Of a stretch of DNA of 11,711 bases, positions 7,108-11,711 are shown in pieces. The first letter of the stretch is position 1. Every line of letters begins with the position of its first letter. Origin of the DNA: a virus; the UHGV virus genome UHGV-0118820; one strand, written 5' to 3'. The position numbers and the translations under genes are program-made. The notes beneath the pieces are model-generated. The model searched no databases. It was not told the DNA's origin and saw only the letters and a list, made by a program, of their open reading frames with translations.

Positions 7108-7730
7108 GTATTCTTCAGCCATTCTTTAAGAGTCATCTGCGGAATACCTCCCATTTTCCCGCATGAAACAACGTCAATCCGTTCACGCGCAGACTGGAAT
7201 AACAAAGGCAGGTGACTTAGATTTTTTGGCGTGCCGCCGGAGTGAACGCGTGGTTCTTGTGTAGCGTCAACGCCCACCAGGGCGACATGTTTGAATCCGA
7301 TATGGAAAGCCAGGTTCAGAGCGCCATATGCACTATTGCCGCTGGCAATTTCATTCTCATCTTCGCAAAGTCCGAAATGTGCGGACCAGCGCCACGCCCA
7401 CCACTCGGGAGAATTCGTATTTTTTGGCTCCATGCCACGTTCAGCCACACGACGGAAGCACAGAACGCCGTCTCTGACTTCACGTTCTTTAACATCGGGT
7501 AGTGCCATGCAATAACAAACACCACGGCGACGGCGGCCACGACCAACGCGCCGCATATTGTCTGGCGATGGATCAAGGGTGAAAAAATAAGAAGCGCGGT
7601 TCAGCCAGTCGATGGCCCCATTGACCGCTATAATCGGCACTCCGCGCGGCGCAACAAAGTTTGCGGCGCTTGGGCCACTGCCGACGATAATAACGCGATC
7701 ACTGCCTCTAAATTTATTCTTGGGAAACAT
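7104..7730 (-). CDS. GT42 sialyltransferase-like / DUF115 (MptE-like) Rossmann-fold protein, paralog B (208 aa)
   Basis: N-terminal [10 protein letters not shown] and IIAVNG, later [12 protein letters not shown] and VALVGVD. This pattern resembles Cst-II-type sialyltransferases (IIAGNGPSL, FRCNQ) from memory. Stop overlaps the phosphatase start as ATGA. Start preceded by AGGAG. Confidence 0.55.
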   Translation of the reverse strand: MFPKNKFRGSDRVIIVGSGPSAANFVAPRGVPIIAVNGAIDWLNRASYFFTLDPSPDNMRRVGRGRRRRGVCYCMALPDVKEREVRDGVLCFRRVAERGMEPKNTNSPEWWAWRWSAHFGLCEDENEIASGNSAYGALNLAFHIGFKHVALVGVDATQEPRVHSGGTPKNLSHLPLLFQSARERIDVVSCGKMGGIPQMTLKEWLKNT

Positions 7731-8257
7731 TGAATTGCACTGCTCCTACTTGCATTCAAAATATGTAAATCTGCGTGTTTTTTGCGGGTATCCAGGAACT
7801 GCTGTTGCCATTTTGAAATAGACACCTGCGTTGGATTCCGTAGGGCTTGAGGGTGCGCGCCATGCCAATGAAGGCCGTTTTGCAGAGAACAGTCATAGCC
7901 GACTAATACCACTACTTCAGCCCCTGATTCAGCAGCCAGACTGATAGCCTGCGCGCCGCTATTTACCCCTTCCGCCGGTCCACAATATCGCCTGTACTCC
8001 AACGAAAATGATTTCGCCGCCGCCAGGTTGGCTGTCACTTTGCGGAATCTCCCTCCCGGTATGGTGGATCCGTATTGCTTCCACCATGACAAATCACCGG
8101 CGTATAAGGCATAAATGTCATCGAACATCTGCCAGGAATTGTTAACCGCGATGATTGAACAGCCAGTTTTTTCTATAGCAGCACAGTCCTCACGAGTGAG
8201 TGACGGACCGCTACCGACACAAAAAACAGTCCTAGTCGCCCTGGGTGGTATGTTCAT
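7628..8257 (-). CDS. GT42 sialyltransferase-like / DUF115 (MptE-like) Rossmann-fold protein, paralog A (start placed at MNIPP)
   Basis: VFCVGSGPSL, IIAVNNS, NSGAQAISLA and VVVLVGYD parallel the motifs of paralog B. The ORF could begin 11 codons earlier at 8290. Its 3' end overlaps the start of paralog B by about 100 nt. Confidence 0.55.
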   Translation of the reverse strand: MNIPPRATRTVFCVGSGPSLTREDCAAIEKTGCSIIAVNNSWQMFDDIYALYAGDLSWWKQYGSTIPGGRFRKVTANLAAAKSFSLEYRRYCGPAEGVNSGAQAISLAAESGAEVVVLVGYDCSLQNGLHWHGAHPQALRNPTQVSISKWQQQFLDTRKKHADLHILNASRSSAIQCFPRINLEAVIALLSSAVAQAPQTLLRRAECRL

Positions 8258-8429
8258 TCTCAGCTGCAAATTCAGCCTCCAGGCGAGCATTCATTTCAGC
8301 GATTACCGGGTCCACTACAGCATCTGCTTCCTGTTCATTACGCGGCATGATCGATGCCAGCGATTCATAATTAGCCTTGAATGACACGATTATTCTCCCG
8401 ATGTTAATGTGCGCTATATCAAAGAGCAC
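8232..8429 (-). CDS. Possible small acidic protein (at most 65 aa; GTG-initiated in the ORF track)
   Basis: ORF-track entry only. No convincing RBS. Overlaps the start of paralog A. AT-rich upstream region. Confidence 0.2.
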   Translation of the reverse strand: MLFDIAHINIGRIIVSFKANYESLASIMPRNEQEADAVVDPVIAEMNARLEAEFAAENEHTTQGD

Positions 8430-8453
8430 ATATGCACTAATTAATTTATTATT

Positions 8454-8768
8454 TTAAGCAGCATACAACCACTTATCGCCGTTCAATACATGCTCAATAG
8501 CCTCACCCTTTTTAAGGCTTATGTATTCCAGGATGGCGGTAATCGCTTGTTCTGCACCATACGCAAGAACGACGTAGTAACCTTCCTCTCTAAGCCTGCG
8601 CATCCAGGCGATCTGCTCTTTCGTCGGGGCTTTACCATTTGGTTCTTTAAGCTCAATTCGCATGCCGTGATAAATACCGCATGCTTTATCGAGACTCATG
8701 TCCGGATAACCTTTTTTCTGCCCTTCAGCCTTCATTTTCCCGGCGGTTGCTTTTGAACGTTTCCCTCT
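8454..8768 (-). pseudogene. VRR-NUC domain (PD-(D/E)xK) nuclease gene, 5' end truncated by IS insertion
   Basis: GYPDMSL and IELKEPNGKAPTKEQIAWMRRLREEGYYVV match the VRR-NUC core. The N-terminal part of the domain is absent. The ORF-track N-terminus ([24 protein letters not shown], 8769-8840) is encoded by the IS inverted repeat, so it is a chimeric artefact. Confidence 0.7.
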
Positions 8769-8839
8769 GAAGTGGTTTACTGAATTTGGCCACCTGAACA
8801 GAGGTGATATGCTCACCTCAGAACAACACAGGTGCTCCA

Positions 8840-9102
8840 ATGAAAAAAAGAAATTTCAGCGCAGAGTTTAAACGCGAATCCGCTCAACTGGTTGTTGACC
8901 AGAACTACACGGTGGCAGATGCCGCCAAAGCTATGGATGTTGGCCTTTCCACAATGACAAGATGGGTCAAACAACTGCGTGATGAGCGTCAGGGCAAAAC
9001 ACCAAAAGCCTCTCCGATAACACCAGAACAAATCGAAATACGTGAGCTGAGGAAAAAGCTACAACGCATTGAAATGGAGAATGAAATATTAAAAAAGGCT
9101 AC
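8840..9102 (+). pseudogene. IS3-family OrfA (HTH transposase N-terminal protein), 3' end interrupted by IS30
   Basis: [16 protein letters not shown]...[12 protein letters not shown], then the reading frame runs into the IS30 terminal repeat. The ORF-track start at 8804 is an upstream extension; ATG at 8840 is the likely true start. Confidence 0.8.
9091..9097 (+). promoter_or_regulatory. A-AAA-AAG programmed -1 frameshift heptamer of the IS3-family element
   Basis: AAAAAAG in the X-XXY-YYZ register of the orfA frame (codons tta-aaa-aag). Known frameshift signal of IS911-type elements. IS30 is inserted 5 nt downstream. Confidence 0.6.
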
Positions 9103-10323
9103 TGTAGATTCAATCTGTCAATGCAACACCCCTTTCAATTATCTCTTTCGGTGTTTTGAACTTCAGTGTCTTTCTCGGTCTGTTGTTTAGCTGAGCAGCA
9201 ACCAGATCTAGTTCATGTTGAGTATATTGGGCAAGACATGTCTTTTTAGGAAAGTACTGCCGAATTAGCCCATTTGTGTTCTCATTTGTTCCCCGCTGCC
9301 AAGGACTCTGAGGATCGCAGAAGTAAACTTTAACGCCGGTGCTGACAGTAAATTCTAGATGTCTGGCCAGTTCCATTCCTCTGTCCCATGTCAGTGATTT
9401 TCTGAGTTCTGACGGTAAACTCAGGAATTTGTCGGTAAGAGCCTGATTTACTGAGACAGAATCTTTGCCCCTGAGTCTAAGGATGATCGTATAACGTGAT
9501 TTTCGGTCTACAAGTGTGGCTATATGAGAGTTTTTTGTACCTGAGACTAAATCGCCCTCCCAATGCCCCAGAGAGCGTCTGTTATCGATATTTCGGGAAC
9601 GTTCGTGAATTGGTGTTCCGTTCACTATGTTAATCGTACCTCTTTCGCCTTTGCGGGTATGACGCCTGCCATGGCGAAGGCTATGCGACCGTCGCAGATG
9701 CTGTATATTCAGGTGGTGTAGCGCTTCACGGCTACGAAAGTACAGCGTTTTATAAATTGTCTCAGGTGATATTCGCAGCGTTTTTTGACGTGGTTTTGTT
9801 CGCCTTAACCATCCTGATATTTGCTCTGGAGACCATTTCATCTCCAGCTTTTCCAGAACAAGCTTTCGCAATGGTAAATTTTGATCCAGTAAGCACGGTT
9901 TTGGCCTTTTCGCCATTCTGTTGGCTCGGTTATTAGCATCAACAGCTTTGTAATAGCGTCTGCCCCGATTACGCTGAACTTCACGTGAGATCGTCGAAGG
10001 ACTGCGATTCAGCGCAGTAGCTATCGCACGAATGCTCATTTTGGCTGACAAACCAGCTCGTATCTCCTCGCGCTCAGACAGTGTCAGGTGAGCTACAGCC
10101 CGCTTACGCTCATGGGGTTTTATGCCGCCAGTATCCCTTAACATAGTGAAGATCGTTCCGGGTTTTGAACCCAGGATATTCGCTATTTCACTGAAGCCTG
10201 TTCCGTTCTTCCATAGTTCAAAAACAGAGGCTTTTTCCTCTGCTGTAAATGTTCGTCTCATTCAAAAAACCTCCGCAACCCCATGTTTTCACATAACTGT
10301 TGCGTTGACCAATTGAATCTACA
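9103..10323 (-). mobile_element. IS30, complete (1221 bp) with 26-bp terminal inverted repeats
   Basis: Terminal repeats TGTAGATTCAATCTGTCAATGCAACA (9103-9128) and TGTTGCGTTGACCAATTGAATCTACA (10298-10323). Length and ends match my recollection of IS30. Confidence 0.9.
9110..10261 (-). CDS. insI: IS30 transposase (383 aa)
   Basis: Intact 383-aa ORF with an N-terminal HTH region and a DDE integrase core (HWEGDLV). Size is as expected for the IS30 transposase. Confidence 0.92.
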   Translation of the reverse strand: MRRTFTAEEKASVFELWKNGTGFSEIANILGSKPGTIFTMLRDTGGIKPHERKRAVAHLTLSEREEIRAGLSAKMSIRAIATALNRSPSTISREVQRNRGRRYYKAVDANNRANRMAKRPKPCLLDQNLPLRKLVLEKLEMKWSPEQISGWLRRTKPRQKTLRISPETIYKTLYFRSREALHHLNIQHLRRSHSLRHGRRHTRKGERGTINIVNGTPIHERSRNIDNRRSLGHWEGDLVSGTKNSHIATLVDRKSRYTIILRLRGKDSVSVNQALTDKFLSLPSELRKSLTWDRGMELARHLEFTVSTGVKVYFCDPQSPWQRGTNENTNGLIRQYFPKKTCLAQYTQHELDLVAAQLNNRPRKTLKFKTPKEIIERGVALTD

Positions 10324-10325
10324 GC

Positions 10326-11211
10326 GGCGTACTTCGCAAAGCTGTCCGACTGAGGTACGCCTTTATCCGTGACAACTCCTGTTGCTGGCCTGTTCGCCTG
10401 CTCTGTCGGGTGCTGGATGTTCATCCCAGTGGTTTTTACGCCTGGCTTCAGCAGCCGCATTCACAACGCCATCAGGCAGACCTGAGACTGACAGGACAGA
10501 TTAAACAGTTCTGGCTGGAATCGGGATGCGTCTATGGTTATCGCAAAATCCATCTGGATCTGCGTGACAGCGGGCAACAGTGCGGAGTAAACAGAGTCTG
10601 GAGACTGATGAAACGTGTCGGAATAAAGGCTCAGGTCGGATACCGAAGCCCGCGGGCACGTAAAGGCGAGGCCAGTATCGTGTCGCCCAACAGGCTTCAG
10701 CGACAGTTCAATCCGGATGCTCCGGATGAGCGTTGGGTAACGGATATAACCTACATCAGGACCCACGAAGGCTGGCTGTATCTTGCCGTGGTTGTTGATC
10801 TGTTCTCACGCAAAATTATCGGCTGGTCCATGCAATCCCGGATGACAAAGGACATTGTCCTGAACGCACTGCTGATGGCTGTATGGCGGCGTAATCCCCA
10901 AAAACAGGTGCTGGTTCATTCGGATCAGGGCAGTCAATGAATGGCAGTCGTTCCTGAAATCACACGGCCTGGAGGGCAGCATGAGCCGTCGCGGTAACTG
11001 CCATGATAATGCGGTTGCAGAAAGCTTTTTCCAGTTGTTGAAACGCGAACGGATAAAGAAAAAGATCTACGGAACGCGGGAAGAAGCCCGCAGCGATATT
11101 TTTGATTACATCGAAATGTTTTATAACAGTAAGCGTCGGCATGGTTCCAGCGATCAGATGTCACCGACAGAATATGAAAACCAGTATTATCAACGGCTCG
11201 GAAGTGTCTAA
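10326..11211 (+). pseudogene. IS3-family OrfB (DDE transposase/integrase), frameshifted
   Basis: The frame is open from 10326 (…CRVLDVHPSGFYAW…) through WVTDITYI and LVHSDQGSQ to a stop at 10938-10940. The remaining C-terminus (SMSRRGNCHDNAVAESFF…) continues in another frame to TAA 11209-11211. A 1-nt-class indel lies near 10935-10945. Confidence 0.75.
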
Positions 11212-11496
11212 ATTATCCGTGGCGATTCATTGTTAACCAGCTAAGAAACTCAGCTTTCTGGTTCACCAGCTAAAACTGCGGTTCACGTTCCCTGATTCTT
11301 TGCTCGGGGAGGGGAGAGCAGTCCGAGTCACAGGCTGTTTCCTCCTCACCTTTTTCAACCAGGTCAACAACGGCTATTTTAGAGGATAATCACGTTGGGG
11401 GCGTTTGAACTCAGTCATCGTCACGTTCTCCGGATTTAAGTCAGGAACATGTCAACGATATTCAGGGCGGGTTACTTTCTTACTAAGTGAAAAATC

Positions 11497-11553
11497 ATGT
11501 TAACTATAAAATATATTCTATTTGTTTGTGTTGTTAATTCGATTTTTTCTACC
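11497..11553 (+). pseudogene. Possible 5' fragment of a gene for a signal-peptide-bearing protein, truncated by IS1
   Basis: ATG at 11497 opens MLTIKYILFVCVVNSIFST (charged n-region plus hydrophobic core), and the frame runs straight into the IS1 terminal repeat at 11554. Weak RBS. Only 19 native codons are visible. Confidence 0.25.
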
Positions 11554-11711
11554 GGTAATGCTGCCAACTTACTGATTTAGTGTATGATGGTGATTTTAAG
11601 GTGCTTGCGTGGCTTCCATTTCCATCAGATGTCCTTCCTGCTCCGCTACTGAAGGCGTGGTGCGTAACGGCAAAAGCACTGCCGGACATCAGCGCTATCT
11701 CTGCTCTCACT
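11554..11711 (+). mobile_element. IS1 family element, left end (continues beyond window); sequence variant of canonical IS1
   Basis: GGTAATGCTGCCAACTTACTGATTTAGTGTATGATGG matches the IS1 terminal inverted repeat from memory, with a few substitutions. Followed by the start of insA. Confidence 0.85.
11609..11711 (+). CDS. insA: IS1 InsA, N-terminal part (truncated by window end)
   Basis: GTG start, then [33 protein letters not shown]: the zinc-finger-like N-terminus of IS1 InsA. Confidence 0.8.
   Translation, partial: MASISIRCPSCSATEGVVRNGKSTAGHQRYLCSH

Larger units (their letters stand above)
8769..11239 (+). mobile_element. IS3-family insertion sequence (IS911-like), interrupted by a nested IS30; right end approximate
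   Basis: Left end begins TGAAGTGG at 8769. OrfA starts [21 protein letters not shown], as in IS911. OrfB-like integrase follows. Subtracting IS30, the length is about 1250 bp if the right end is the degenerate inverted repeat ending ...TTAACCA at 11239. Confidence 0.75.

Noticed and set aside
6563-7821. ORFs 6563..6790 +, 7000..7215 +, 7242..7502 +, 7291..7515 +, 7316..7576 -, 7612..7821 +
   Set aside because: Overlap the phosphatase and DUF115-like genes in other frames; the real genes carry recognisable motifs and ATGA coupling.
8115-8756. Plus-strand ORFs 8115..8384 and 8490..8756
   Set aside because: Antisense to the DUF115-like paralog A and the VRR-NUC gene.
8804-8839. Upstream extension of IS orfA ([12 protein letters not shown]...) from the ORF track
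   Set aside because: IS911-type OrfA starts at MKKRNF (ATG 8840). The extension lies within the IS end and is not expected to be translated.
8813-9031. Minus-strand 72-aa ORF inside orfA
   Set aside because: Antisense to IS orfA, no support.
9103-9190. C-terminal tail of ORF 8804..9190 ([28 protein letters not shown])
   Set aside because: This is read-through into the IS30 terminal repeat, not native orfA sequence.
10122-10460. ORFs 10122..10316 + and 10218..10460 -
   Set aside because: The first is antisense inside IS30; the second spans the IS30/IS3 junction. Artefacts.
10461-11164. Minus-strand ORFs 10461..10766, 10934..11164, 10960..11142
   Set aside because: Antisense to the IS3-family orfB coding region.
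1-11711. CRISPR arrays, tRNA, rRNA, integrase / attachment sites
   Set aside because: No regularly spaced direct repeats, no cloverleaf-like conserved tRNA sequences and no tyrosine or serine recombinase ORF were seen on visual inspection. This is not an exhaustive computational scan.

Overview
This window looks like a mobile-element-rich accessory (defence-island-like) region, read entirely by eye with no searches run. Plus strand: the last 35 codons of a type I specificity gene (hsdS), then an intact 1038-aa type I restriction subunit (hsdR, 230..3346) that I recall as EcoR124-like (type IC), followed by a stem-loop and an intrinsic terminator. Everything from 3611 to 8768 is on the minus strand and forms two blocks separated by terminators. 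Block 1 (8768 down to 5754): a VRR-NUC nuclease gene 5'-truncated by an IS insertion, two paralogous GT42/DUF115-like Rossmann proteins, a lambda-type Ser/Thr phosphatase broken by a frameshift, and a GT-A-like (DxD) glycosyltransferase; the last three are joined by ATGA stop/start overlaps. Block 2 (5672 down to 3611): a translationally coupled pair (72-aa protein plus 420-aa coiled-coil protein) that I cannot place in any family, then a HAD phosphatase resembling the phosphatase domain of T4 polynucleotide kinase-phosphatase. Block 2 is bracketed by two copies of a ~40-bp imperfect direct repeat, each sitting directly 3' of a stop codon. The right third is insertion sequences: an IS911-like IS3-family element (about 8769..11239) carrying a nested complete IS30 (9103..10323), then the left end of an IS1 variant (11554 to window end). 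The best candidates for an undescribed system are the 72-aa/420-aa pair with the HAD phosphatase, and the DUF115-like/phosphatase/glycosyltransferase operon. No CRISPR array, tRNA or rRNA was seen. Family assignments rest on motif recognition and recollection and need database confirmation.
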